A DNA stretch of 64,000 nucleotides from an uncultured Prevotellaceae bacterium. Its GTDB lineage: Bacteria; Bacteroidota; Bacteroidia; Bacteroidales; Bacteroidaceae. Below the pieces are notes generated by a model. That model was not told the origin of the DNA, did not search any database, and saw only the letters and a program-made list of their open reading frames with translations. Each line of letters opens with the position of its first letter. The first letter of the stretch is position 1. Shown here in pieces: positions 8,464 through 18,619 of the stretch. The stretch is from the NCBI GenBank assembly GCA_902799455.1, contig CADCAX010000007.1, forward strand, positions 1,444 to 65,443. The letters are read 5' to 3'. Both the position numbers and the translations under genes were made by a program.

Positions 8464-11039
8464 AAATCTTAAGCATAATACTACTTAGCATTATCCCATT
8501 TCTTAGCAGCAATGCTAAGGGGTGGGATAATGTACTTTATAAGCAGATAGAGAGCAGCATTGTTGCCCCTACATTTGCAGACAAGAGTTATAGAGTTACG
8601 AAATACGGTGCCTCACCCAAGGCATCAGCAAAAACCAATCAGCAGGCTATCAACAAAGCTATTGCTACCTGTTCGAAGGCAGGAGGCGGAAAGGTGATTA
8701 TTCCAGAAGGCACATACCTCACTGGTGCCATCCGCATGCAGTCGAACGTCAACCTGGTAATAGAGCAAGGCGCTACCCTACTCTTTGCCTATGAGCCGGC
8801 TCTCTATCCCCTCGTCAAGACACGTTGGGAAGGACTCGACATCATGAACTATTCTCCTTGCATCTATGCCTATCAGGCCGAAAACATTGCAATCTCTGGC
8901 GCTGGCACCATCGACGGCAATGGCAGCAAAGAGACGTGGTGGCCTTGGTGTGGAGCGACAAAATACGGATATGTGGAAGGTAAGACAACGGAGAGTCAGA
9001 AGATGCCTTTCAAGCCAGGTGGCGACACCAACAGAAACACCCTTCTGAAAATGTCCGACAATGGTGTGCCAACAGAACAGCGCGTCTTTGGTATGGGACA
9101 CGGAATGCGTCCGCAATTAGTTTGCTTCTATGAGTGCCAGAATATTCTCATTGAGGGCGTCACAATGTTGCGCTCACCATTCTGGGTTATTCATCCCGTT
9201 CTGTCAAAGAATATCACCGTCCGCAACTGTAAGATTATCAACGATGGACCTAACGGTGACGGTTGCGACCCTGAATCATGCGAAAACGTACTGATAGAGA
9301 ACAACATCTTCCATACAGGTGATGACTGTATCGCCATCAAGTCAGGAAGAAATGCTGACGGAAGACGTAACGGAATACCTTCGAAGAATATCATCATCCG
9401 AGGATGTACTATGGAAGACGGACATGGAGGCGTTGTGGTTGGGTCTGAGATTTCTGCAGGAGTGAAGAATGTCTTTGCAGAAGATTGTAAGATGGACTCC
9501 CCTAACCTCGATCGCGTACTTCGCATAAAGACAAATACCTGTCGCGGAGGCATTACTGAAGGCATCTATATGCGAAATATCGAGGTGGGACAATGCCGCG
9601 AGGCTGTTCTGCGTATAAACCTTGTATATGAACCAAAAGAGATTTCTGAACGTGGACACATACCAACGGTAAGGAATGTATATATGGAGAATGTGACATG
9701 TCAGAAATCAAAATATGGCATACTCCTTAACGGCCTCGAGGACGATGACCAGATATATAATATAAATGTAAAGAACTGCACCTTCAATGGCGTCAGTGAT
9801 GAAAAGGTTCGCAGAACAGGAAAGTCACACGACATATATTTCGAGAATCTGATAATCAATGGTGAAGCCGTGCTTTCGGAACTGCCCTTCAACGGACATT
9901 ATTCGGAATGGATGACCTATAGTGAGATGCAGCGGAACCCCAACCCCATATACCTTGACTTTACAGACAAGAAAAAGCGCCCTCAAGGCAAGTGGTCATA
10001 CGTAATGGGAATAGAACTGGAGGGTATGCTCGACACATGGCTGGCATACCATAACGACGCCGTGAAGGAATATGTATGCAGCTACGCAAAGCAGATGATT
10101 GACGCAGAGGGAAATACTGTAGGATATAAATACGAAGACTTCAATCTTGACAACATACGCACATCCCACTTCATATATCGCCTCAACAAACTCTTCCCGC
10201 AACCGGGTCTTGACAAAGCCCTGCAGACCTATTACAAACAGCTGGAGAACCAGCCACGTACAAAGGAAGGTGTTTGGTGGCACAAAAATATATACCACGA
10301 CCAGGTATGGCTCGACGGCATCTTTATGGGATTACCGTTTTACGTACTGGCAGCCGAAGACCTGAAGGGCAAGAAAGCAACCAAATATTATGATGATGCT
10401 TTCAAACAGATTAGCAGCACCTTTGTCCGCACATACGACGAAGCAACAGGCCTTTGGAAACACGCCTGGGACGAGAAGCATAATATGTTCTGGGCAAACA
10501 AAGAGACAGGTTTGAGCCAACATTCCTGGGCAAGAGCAATGGGATGGTTTGTAATGGCTATGACAGAAATACTGGACGGAATGCCTGAGAACTACAAGCA
10601 TCGTGAAGAGATAAAGTCAATGCTGCAACAGGCTATGGATGCCGTGTGTAAGTATCAGGACAAGGAAAGCGGAGCATGGTATGATGTTCTTGATGTGAAG
10701 GACCCACGCAACTATCTTGAGTCAACAGCATCGGCAATGTTCACATATGTCATGCTGAAGGGAGCACGTCTGGGATATCTTGATGAGTCATATAAGGAGA
10801 AGGGAAAAGAAGCCTATAAGGCACTGCTGAAGAACTTTATCAGAATAGATACTCCAACCCAGCCTGACAGCATCCCTACTATCAGCCTTACACAATGCTG
10901 CTCTGTCAGCGGCTTGGGACCAGAAAGCAACCCAAAACGAGACGGTTCCTTTGAATACTATATCTCAGAGCCTATTCGCGACAATGACGCAAAAGGTATC
11001 GGACCTTTCATCTGGGCATCCCTGGAAATGGAGAGGTAA
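8460..11039 (+). CDS. Secreted bifunctional GH28 polygalacturonase / GH105 (GH88-like) unsaturated rhamnogalacturonyl hydrolase
   Basis: Signal peptide; GH28 motifs NGDG, GDD, GHG, RIK; C-terminal 'WSYVMG', 'QVWLDGIFMG', 'WARAMGW', 'YLESTASAM'. GTG start overlaps the yebC stop. Confidence 0.9.
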   Translation: MKILSIILLSIIPFLSSNAKGWDNVLYKQIESSIVAPTFADKSYRVTKYGASPKASAKTNQQAINKAIATCSKAGGGKVIIPEGTYLTGAIRMQSNVNLVIEQGATLLFAYEPALYPLVKTRWEGLDIMNYSPCIYAYQAENIAISGAGTIDGNGSKETWWPWCGATKYGYVEGKTTESQKMPFKPGGDTNRNTLLKMSDNGVPTEQRVFGMGHGMRPQLVCFYECQNILIEGVTMLRSPFWVIHPVLSKNITVRNCKIINDGPNGDGCDPESCENVLIENNIFHTGDDCIAIKSGRNADGRRNGIPSKNIIIRGCTMEDGHGGVVVGSEISAGVKNVFAEDCKMDSPNLDRVLRIKTNTCRGGITEGIYMRNIEVGQCREAVLRINLVYEPKEISERGHIPTVRNVYMENVTCQKSKYGILLNGLEDDDQIYNINVKNCTFNGVSDEKVRRTGKSHDIYFENLIINGEAVLSELPFNGHYSEWMTYSEMQRNPNPIYLDFTDKKKRPQGKWSYVMGIELEGMLDTWLAYHNDAVKEYVCSYAKQMIDAEGNTVGYKYEDFNLDNIRTSHFIYRLNKLFPQPGLDKALQTYYKQLENQPRTKEGVWWHKNIYHDQVWLDGIFMGLPFYVLAAEDLKGKKATKYYDDAFKQISSTFVRTYDEATGLWKHAWDEKHNMFWANKETGLSQHSWARAMGWFVMAMTEILDGMPENYKHREEIKSMLQQAMDAVCKYQDKESGAWYDVLDVKDPRNYLESTASAMFTYVMLKGARLGYLDESYKEKGKEAYKALLKNFIRIDTPTQPDSIPTISLTQCCSVSGLGPESNPKRDGSFEYYISEPIRDNDAKGIGPFIWASLEMER

Positions 11040-11066
11040 TTAATAATTCAAAATTCATAATTCTTA

Positions 11067-12845
11067 ATGCTTTTTCGCTCAATCATACTGATTCTTTTCA
11101 CACTGATATCAATAAATATCAATGCATCAAAGGCTATGCGCTATTTCAGAGACATAATCCTGAATGACGGACGTGTGGTAAAAGCAACGCTGGTGGGTGA
11201 TGAGCATATGCACTATCATAGGACGACTGACGGAGAGATAATACTATACAACTCCGAAGGAAAATACTACTATGCTGCCTCCAAAGAAGATATTGACAGC
11301 CTCAGGAATATCTACAACAATCTTGTTGAACAGCAGAACACGAATCAGGCAAAGGGAATGAGGTCTTCTGTTACGACAAACAAAAACGGCCACCTCACTG
11401 GCACACGACTATTTCCCTGCACAGGCAATCCCAAGGTTCTGGTGCTGATGGTTGAGTTCACGGATGTTTCTTTTACTTTCACCAGTGAGGACATTGATAC
11501 ACTCCTCAACAGCAAGAAGATGAATAAGAACGTCTGGATAAATGGTGTTGTTGCAAAAAGCCAAGGGTCTGTAGCCGAGTACTTCAATTTCTGCAGCGGT
11601 GGAAAGTTCCGTCCTCAGTTCGATATCTATGGTACATTCAAGGTTAACAATACTGCGGCATATTACTCATCCCGCGAAACGACCTTCGTAAGGGATGCCT
11701 GCAAGGCAGCAGAAGACTATGTGGACTTTTCGCAATACGATCAGGATGGTGACGGATATGTTGACCTGGTATATATCATGTATGCCGGCTATGGCGGCAA
11801 CTGGGAAGGTAACGAAGGCACTATATGGCCAAAAACACTATATACGTCAGGGAATTTCTGCACAGTTGATGGTATGAAAATCCATAGAGCAGGTATGAGC
11901 AATGAAATAAATTTTACCCCTGCCGATATAGCGGAAGTTTTTAATAATGAGAAGCCTTTAGTCGGAATAGGCACCTTTGTTCACGAGTTCTGTCACACTA
12001 TGGGTATTACTGATTTTTATCCTAATAATGGTAACTGGCTAGAAAAAGATAATTATCATCCAGATTGGTATGACAATCAGGGCATGGAAGAATGGTCACT
12101 TATGGATGGTGGAGGAAACAGACAGAACACTTGTCTGCCTACGCCTCTCAATGCTTTTGAGCGCTATCTCTTCGGATGGATTGACGATTTTCAGGTCATA
12201 GACGAACCCACTAATATCACCCTCACTCCACTCAGGGACGGTGGACAGGCATACAAGATACTGGGCAACAACGACAATGAATACTGGATTATTGAGGCTA
12301 TCCCATCTGATAACGAGTGGTATTTCGGCTTTAAAAGCTATACAGGCACAGGCATGACAGTTACCCATATCAATAGCAGCATAAGCAGATTCAGTGCCTC
12401 TACAATGGTTAATGGCACACATGGCAATCCGGGTATAACATTAGTTCCTGCTGACGGACGGATTATCGGTTTTTTTGATTATGATGAGTCAATTGAAGAT
12501 TATGAGGCATCTATGCTTGGTGACCCGTTTCCTGGTTCACAAGGAGTAACCCGACTGACAGACTGGTGGTCTAAGGATGGCACAATAGACAAACCAATAT
12601 ATCAAATCGTACAGAACAATGACTATAGCGTTGACTTCAGTTTCATGTACCTGCGTGGTGATGCCAATGGCGATGGCGAGGTAGGCATGACCGATGTAAT
12701 GTATATTGTCAATTACACTCTCGGCACCCCTGCTCCATCCTTCAAAACACGTGAAGCCGACACCAACAACGACGGCATAATCAACATGACAGACGCTATG
12801 TACATCGTCAGCTACATCCTCAACGGCAAGTTCCCTAAAGAGTAG
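11067..12845 (+). CDS. M6-family (immune inhibitor A-like) metalloprotease with a C-terminal dockerin-like domain
   Basis: Signal peptide; 'GDEHMHY' prodomain; zinc motif HEFCHTMGITD; 'WSLMDGG'; duplicated GDANGDG/ADTNNDG Ca-binding loops. Confidence 0.88.
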   Translation: MLFRSIILILFTLISININASKAMRYFRDIILNDGRVVKATLVGDEHMHYHRTTDGEIILYNSEGKYYYAASKEDIDSLRNIYNNLVEQQNTNQAKGMRSSVTTNKNGHLTGTRLFPCTGNPKVLVLMVEFTDVSFTFTSEDIDTLLNSKKMNKNVWINGVVAKSQGSVAEYFNFCSGGKFRPQFDIYGTFKVNNTAAYYSSRETTFVRDACKAAEDYVDFSQYDQDGDGYVDLVYIMYAGYGGNWEGNEGTIWPKTLYTSGNFCTVDGMKIHRAGMSNEINFTPADIAEVFNNEKPLVGIGTFVHEFCHTMGITDFYPNNGNWLEKDNYHPDWYDNQGMEEWSLMDGGGNRQNTCLPTPLNAFERYLFGWIDDFQVIDEPTNITLTPLRDGGQAYKILGNNDNEYWIIEAIPSDNEWYFGFKSYTGTGMTVTHINSSISRFSASTMVNGTHGNPGITLVPADGRIIGFFDYDESIEDYEASMLGDPFPGSQGVTRLTDWWSKDGTIDKPIYQIVQNNDYSVDFSFMYLRGDANGDGEVGMTDVMYIVNYTLGTPAPSFKTREADTNNDGIINMTDAMYIVSYILNGKFPKE

Positions 12846-12851
12846 GTCAAA

Positions 12852-13712
12852 TCATGTTGCGACACTGCGATATTGCTGTGGGGTCGTATTTGCATATTTC
12901 TTAAAGAGCCGGATGAAGTACGAAAGGTCTTCGTAACCCAAGTCACGGGCTATCTGCTTTATTGGTATGTCAGTAGACAGCAGCAGCAACTCTGCCCTTT
13001 CCATTTTCTTATTGGTAATATACACATTAGGAGTAAAGCCCGTCTGTTTGCGGAACAGGCGGATGTAATGGTCTTTGGTAAGATAGACCATAGAACTGAG
13101 TGTGCCAACATCTATAGGCTCGCCTATGTGATGGCGTATATATTTCTGCGTCTTCCTGATGCGGTCATCAGTGGCATGCTCCTTTGGCCTTGCCTCCCTT
13201 ATGAAGCGTGCCTCAAAGGTGTATGTGATGCCACGAGACTCCAGACGGTCAGGAAAAGAACGACTCAGGTTAACCTGTATATTTGAGAAGATAGACGGCT
13301 GGTTGTCGTATGACCTCGGATTGGATTGAGGCAAACTCATCTGCGGATTAAGGTCTATCAAACGCTTCATCAGGCGCTCATCCTCTGGCAAGGCATCCAG
13401 TTCGAAGGGAAAATCAGCCTCATCAAAGACATTCGTATCGTAGCTCGGGTCTTCGTAGATATGCACGTAGTAATGTACGAAATGACCTGTGCAGATGTCT
13501 GTGTGCAACGTGTTTGGCGGAATAAGATACAGATGGTTGGGAGTAAGCTGGTGTATTCCGTCAGGCATGATAATCTGAGCAGTCCCCTCTGACACATAAT
13601 ATATTCGCGCAAAGGGACTCTTCACGTTCTTCCAGTTCCAGTCGCCATTATGTACGGCATATCCGGCATGTAGCATCAGCAGATGCAGGTCATTTATGGT
13701 GTAGTTTTTCAT
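12852..13712 (-). CDS. AraC-family transcriptional regulator, divergent from the sugar operon
   Basis: N-terminal cupin; C-terminal 'IKQIARDLGYEDLSYFIRLFKKYANTTPQQYR'. Start placed at MKNYT. Confidence 0.93.
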   Translation of the reverse strand: MKNYTINDLHLLMLHAGYAVHNGDWNWKNVKSPFARIYYVSEGTAQIIMPDGIHQLTPNHLYLIPPNTLHTDICTGHFVHYYVHIYEDPSYDTNVFDEADFPFELDALPEDERLMKRLIDLNPQMSLPQSNPRSYDNQPSIFSNIQVNLSRSFPDRLESRGITYTFEARFIREARPKEHATDDRIRKTQKYIRHHIGEPIDVGTLSSMVYLTKDHYIRLFRKQTGFTPNVYITNKKMERAELLLLSTDIPIKQIARDLGYEDLSYFIRLFKKYANTTPQQYRSVAT

Positions 13713-13891
13713 ATATCTTATCAATGACGGCACAAAAGTAATGTTTTTTCTTAAAATATCGGCATAAAATGGGATAAAACTGCTTTTTAATAGAACAATA
13801 TCGACATTTTGCAAGCATTTTTGTCATTTTATAAAATAAAACCAATAATTTTGTTCCCATATTTCCAAATTATGCATTATGAATTAAAATT

Positions 13892-14833
13892 ATGAGATAT
13901 ACAGAAATAGGTAAGACAGGGATGAAGATATCCAACCTGAGTTTTGGTGCTTCATCATTAGGCAGTGTTTTTCGTGATACTAACGAAAAGGAAAGTTTTG
14001 AGGCTGTAGAAGCCGCTATCGATGGCGGAATCAACTTCATTGACGTCAGTCCTTACTATGGTCATTATAAGGCCGAGACAGTACTTGGCAAGGCCCTGCG
14101 GAATATTCCACGTGACAAATACTTCCTGAGCACTAAGGTGGGCCGCTATGGTAAGGATGGTGTGAATACATGGGACTATTCAGCACGTCGTGTCACTGAC
14201 AGCGTATATGAGAGTATGGAACGTCTGGGTATTGACTTTATCGACCTTATCAATGTTCATGACATAGAGTTTCAGGCTGCCCTGCCTGGCGGTCTGCAGA
14301 AAGTGGTTGATGAAACGCTGCCTGCTCTGTTTGAGCTGCGCAACAAGGGCGTGGTGGGCCACGTAGGCATCACTGACCTGCAACTGGAAAACCTGAAGTG
14401 GGTGGTTGAAAGATGTGAGGGTGTGGAGAGCATCCTGAATTTCTGTCACTATACTCTCAATGATGATGCACTGACTGATTATCTCGACTTCTTCGAACAA
14501 CACACAGTAGGTATCATCAATGCCTCACCACTCAGCATGGGACTGCTTTCCCAGCGTGGTGTACCTGCATGGCATCCAGCACCCAAGGCTCTGGTAGAGG
14601 CTTGCCAAAAGGCTGCTGAACATTGCAAGGTAAAAGGATATCCTATTGAGAAATTGGCAGTACAGTATTCTGTAAGCAACCCACGTATCGCATCTACATT
14701 GTTCTCATCTGCCAATCCTGATAATGTACGTCGCAATATCCAGTGGGCTAACGAGGAACCTGATTGGGACTTGGTAAAAGAGGTTAAAGATATCATTGGT
14801 GACCAACAGCGTGTCACATGGGCAAACTCATAA
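13892..14833 (+). CDS. Aldo/keto reductase, L-galactose (L-fucose/D-arabinose) dehydrogenase-like
   Basis: 'FGASSLG', 'GINFIDVSPYYG', 'STKVGRYG', 'HDIEF', 'NASPLSMGLL', as in L-galactose dehydrogenases. Confidence 0.85.
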   Translation: MRYTEIGKTGMKISNLSFGASSLGSVFRDTNEKESFEAVEAAIDGGINFIDVSPYYGHYKAETVLGKALRNIPRDKYFLSTKVGRYGKDGVNTWDYSARRVTDSVYESMERLGIDFIDLINVHDIEFQAALPGGLQKVVDETLPALFELRNKGVVGHVGITDLQLENLKWVVERCEGVESILNFCHYTLNDDALTDYLDFFEQHTVGIINASPLSMGLLSQRGVPAWHPAPKALVEACQKAAEHCKVKGYPIEKLAVQYSVSNPRIASTLFSSANPDNVRRNIQWANEEPDWDLVKEVKDIIGDQQRVTWANS

Positions 14834-14846
14834 AATAAAACTATAA

Positions 14847-16460
14847 ATGAGAAAATCATTCTTGATTTCATGCATGCTACTCGCAGCGTTGACTGTGGGA
14901 GCGCAGCATTACAAAATTCCTGTCAGCGAAGAGCACGAGAAGATGCAGACTGGAAAATATGAACCCACGTGGCAGTCGCTGGAGACACACCAGACACCAG
15001 AATGGTTCCGCAATGCGAAGTTTGGCATCTGGGCACACTGGGGTGCTCAATGCGTAGAAGGTTCTGGCGACTGGATGGCTCGCGAACTGTATATGGAAGG
15101 TAATCGCAAGGCTAACTTCCATCGTGAGCATTACGGACATCCGTCAGAGTTCGGATATAAGGACGTGCTGCCCCTCTTCAAAGCTGAGAAGTGGGAACCT
15201 GAGAAGCTGGTAGAGCGCTACAAGCGTTGTGGTGCGCAGTATTTCTTCGTCTTGGGCAACCACCACGACAACTACGACCTTTGGGATTCTAAGTATCAGG
15301 AGTGGAACTCTATGAACATCGGCCCAAAGCGTGACATCCTGGCTGAATGGGCTGCAGCAGCCAAGAAGGTTGGTCTGCCATTGGGAATATCGTTCCATGC
15401 CGATCATGCTTGGACATGGTTTGAGCCATCACAGCGCTACGACCTCGAAGGCGATAAGGCTGGCATATATTATGATGGCAACCTGAAAAAGGAAGATGGC
15501 AAGGGTAAATGGTGGGAAGGACTGGACCCTCAGAAGCTCTATCAGCAGGACCACCCCATGAGCAAGGGCTCTTGGGACAATGGTGCTATCCACAATCAGT
15601 GGGACTGGAGTCATGGTGCTTGTCCTCCATCGCAGGAGTTCGTCACCAATTTCTATGATCGCACACTCGATGCCATAAACCGTTACAATCCTGACCTCAT
15701 CTATTTTGATGTCACAGTACTGCCATTCTATCCTCTGAGTGACTGTGGTCTGAAGATTGCCACCCACCTTTATAACAAGAATCCACGTGGCGTGGTGTTT
15801 GGTAAGATTCTCAGCGAGGACCAGAAAAAGGCTCTTACATGGGATGTGGAGCGTGGTGCTCCTAACCAGATGATTGACCAACCTTGGCAAACCTGCAACT
15901 GCATTGGAGACTGGCACTATAACACAGATCGCTATAATCGTGGCTACAGGTCTGCAACCAACATGGTGAAGCAGCTTGTAGATATCGTATCTAAGAATGG
16001 AAACCTGCTACTGAATATCCCACTGCGTGCTGATGGCACCTATGACGAGAAGGCTGCCCAATTCCTCGATGAGTTGGAAGCATGGATGACACCTAATGGC
16101 GAGAGCATTTTTGGCACACGCCCATGGGTTAAGTTTGGCGAGGGGCCTGTAGCAGAGAAGGATATCAAGATTAATGCTCAGGGCTTTAATGAGGGTATGT
16201 ACAATGGCATGGACTATCGTGACATACGTTTCAACCAGACTCCAAAATATCTCTACGTCACTGCTATGGGATGGCCAGAAGATGGTCGCCTTTTGGTAAA
16301 ATCTTTGGCTAAGGGAAATAAGGATTTCAAAAAGAAGATAACATCAGTATATCTCTTGGGTTATGGCAAACTGAAGGCTAACCAGACTGCTGAAGGACTC
16401 GAGGTAACTCTGCCTCAGCCTGTAAATCAGATTGCACCTGTACTCAGAATTAACAAGTAA
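14847..16460 (+). CDS. GH29 alpha-L-fucosidase / alpha-L-galactosidase
   Basis: Signal peptide; 'PEWFRNAKFGIWAHWG', 'HHDNYDLWDS', 'PDLIYFD', 'VSKNGNLLLN'. Confidence 0.92.
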   Translation: MRKSFLISCMLLAALTVGAQHYKIPVSEEHEKMQTGKYEPTWQSLETHQTPEWFRNAKFGIWAHWGAQCVEGSGDWMARELYMEGNRKANFHREHYGHPSEFGYKDVLPLFKAEKWEPEKLVERYKRCGAQYFFVLGNHHDNYDLWDSKYQEWNSMNIGPKRDILAEWAAAAKKVGLPLGISFHADHAWTWFEPSQRYDLEGDKAGIYYDGNLKKEDGKGKWWEGLDPQKLYQQDHPMSKGSWDNGAIHNQWDWSHGACPPSQEFVTNFYDRTLDAINRYNPDLIYFDVTVLPFYPLSDCGLKIATHLYNKNPRGVVFGKILSEDQKKALTWDVERGAPNQMIDQPWQTCNCIGDWHYNTDRYNRGYRSATNMVKQLVDIVSKNGNLLLNIPLRADGTYDEKAAQFLDELEAWMTPNGESIFGTRPWVKFGEGPVAEKDIKINAQGFNEGMYNGMDYRDIRFNQTPKYLYVTAMGWPEDGRLLVKSLAKGNKDFKKKITSVYLLGYGKLKANQTAEGLEVTLPQPVNQIAPVLRINK

Positions 16461-16470
16461 TATAGTAGCA

Positions 16471-17355
16471 ATGGTCATAATAGATGCACATTCACATTTG
16501 TGGCTTCGTCAGGATACAGTTGTCGATGGTAAGCGGATAAAGTCTTTGAAGAACGGACGCAGCATCTTCATGGACGAAGAGGTGCAGATGCTTCCTCCTT
16601 TCATGATTGACAGCAAGAATACCGCAGAGGTGTTTCTGTCAAACATGAACTATGCTCAGGTAGGTGCTGCCGTCGTCGTGCAGGAGGTGATAGACGGATG
16701 TCAGAATGAATACCTCACACAGGTGCAGCGTCAATATCCTGACCGTTTCTTCTGCATGGGCATGGCGTGGAATAAGGAAGAGGCACAGGCTGTTGCTGGT
16801 GCAGGACTGAAGGGTATCGCTTTCCCTGGTCATCGTATGCATGAGCCTCTGCAGACTTTAATGCCTGTCTTCAAACTGATGGAACAGAAAGGTATGATAC
16901 TCTCCATGTGTCTGGCTGACGACGAGGCTCAGGTAGCACAGATGGCTGAGGTTATTCAGGAGTGTCCCAAACTGAAAGTGGCTATAGGTCACTTCGGAAT
17001 GCCTACGACGCCATCATTCCGCAGTCAGGTTCTTCTGGCCCGCCAAGGTGACAATGTCATGATAGAATCTGGTGGCATCACATGGCTCTACAATCCTGAG
17101 TTCTATCCCTACCCCACAGCAATCCGTCGCATTCGGGAAGCTGCTGAATGGGTGGGCATGGACCGCCTGATGTGGGGCTCTGACTATCCACGCACTATTA
17201 CTGCCATCACATACCGTATGTCATACGATTTCGTTGAGAAGTCAGGCGAATTGTCAGAGGCCGAGAAGAGAATGTTCCTAGGCGAGAATGCCAAGCGTTT
17301 CTATGGCTTTGAGAATCTTCCAGAACTTCCTTATATAAAAAATATGTCAGAATGA
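16471..17355 (+). CDS. Amidohydrolase-family sugar lactonase (L-galactono/L-fucono-1,5-lactonase-like)
   Basis: 'IIDAHSHLW', 'GHFG', 'RLMWGSDYP'; operon context. Confidence 0.85.
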   Translation: MVIIDAHSHLWLRQDTVVDGKRIKSLKNGRSIFMDEEVQMLPPFMIDSKNTAEVFLSNMNYAQVGAAVVVQEVIDGCQNEYLTQVQRQYPDRFFCMGMAWNKEEAQAVAGAGLKGIAFPGHRMHEPLQTLMPVFKLMEQKGMILSMCLADDEAQVAQMAEVIQECPKLKVAIGHFGMPTTPSFRSQVLLARQGDNVMIESGGITWLYNPEFYPYPTAIRRIREAAEWVGMDRLMWGSDYPRTITAITYRMSYDFVEKSGELSEAEKRMFLGENAKRFYGFENLPELPYIKNMSE

Positions 17356-18599
17356 AAAAGAACAATCTTGCCCTTGGACTGATTTTTTGTCTGTTTTTCC
17401 TATGGGCCATCAGCAGCAATCTGCTGCCAACAATGATTCGCCAGTTGATGAAGACGTGTGAACTGAACACCTTCGAGGCATCGTTCACTGAGAGTGCCTA
17501 CTGGCTTGCATATTTCATCTGCCCTATCCCCATCGCCATCTTCATGAGGCGGTTCAGCTATCGTGTGGGCATCATCACTGGTCTGTTCATCGCAGCCTGT
17601 GGTGGTCTGCTGTTCTTCCCTGCTGCCCAAGTGAAAAGCTATGGCGTATATCTGTGCATCTTCTTCGTCATTGCCACAGGTATGTGCTTCCTCGAGACAG
17701 CAGCAAATCCATACGTCACTGTATTGGGTGATGCAGAGACTGCTCCACGCCGTCTGAATCTGGCACAGTCGTTCAACGGACTGGGCGCCTTTATCTCTGC
17801 TATGTTCCTGAGCAAACTGGTGCTGAGCGGACAGAATTATACTCGCGATACCATACCCGTTGACTATCCTGGCGGATGGGAGGGATACATACAGATGGAG
17901 ACAGACTCCATGAAACTGCCATACCTCATTCTGGCTCTTGTACTCATTGCTGTAGCCGTTATGCTAATAGTTGTCAAATTGCCAAAGGTTGGCGATGAGG
18001 AAAATGATGAAGTCAAAGAAAAACTGATTGATTTCTCAACTCTCAAGCGTCCGCATCTTCGCTGGGGTGTTATAGCACAATTCTTCTATAATGGCGGACA
18101 GACAGCCATCAACAGCCTGTTCCTTGTCTATTGCTGCACCTATACAGGCATCGATGAAGAGACTGCCACGACATTCTTTGGCCTCTACATGTTGGCCTTC
18201 CTCGTGGGACGTTGGGTTGGCACAATGATAATGGCAAGGATCGAACCTACGAAGATGTTGACATTCTATGCTTTGGCAAATGTGATACTCTGCATTATCA
18301 TCATGGTTTTTGGTGGCCATGTAGGCATCTATGCCATGCTGGCTGTATCATTCTTCATGAGTATCATCTACCCCACGCAGTTCTCTCTGGCACTCAACGA
18401 CCTTGGCGACCAGACCAAGTCGGGATCTGCCTTCCTCGTAATGGCTATCGTAGGAAATGCCTGCGTACCACAGTTTACTGCGTATATCATGCATCGTAAC
18501 GAAACATTCTATCAGGTAGCCTATATCGTGCCCCTGATATGTTTCGCAGTATGCGCCTACTATGGATATAACTATAAAAGGTTAAGGGTTAAAGGTTAG
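17352..18599 (+). CDS. FucP-like MFS sugar:H+ symporter
   Basis: 'FLETAANPYV', 'RLNLAQSFNGLG', 'AQFFY', 'FMSIIYPT'. Confidence 0.9.
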   Translation: MKKNNLALGLIFCLFFLWAISSNLLPTMIRQLMKTCELNTFEASFTESAYWLAYFICPIPIAIFMRRFSYRVGIITGLFIAACGGLLFFPAAQVKSYGVYLCIFFVIATGMCFLETAANPYVTVLGDAETAPRRLNLAQSFNGLGAFISAMFLSKLVLSGQNYTRDTIPVDYPGGWEGYIQMETDSMKLPYLILALVLIAVAVMLIVVKLPKVGDEENDEVKEKLIDFSTLKRPHLRWGVIAQFFYNGGQTAINSLFLVYCCTYTGIDEETATTFFGLYMLAFLVGRWVGTMIMARIEPTKMLTFYALANVILCIIIMVFGGHVGIYAMLAVSFFMSIIYPTQFSLALNDLGDQTKSGSAFLVMAIVGNACVPQFTAYIMHRNETFYQVAYIVPLICFAVCAYYGYNYKRLRVKG

Positions 18600-18619
18600 A
18601 AAATTATCAATTAAATAAT

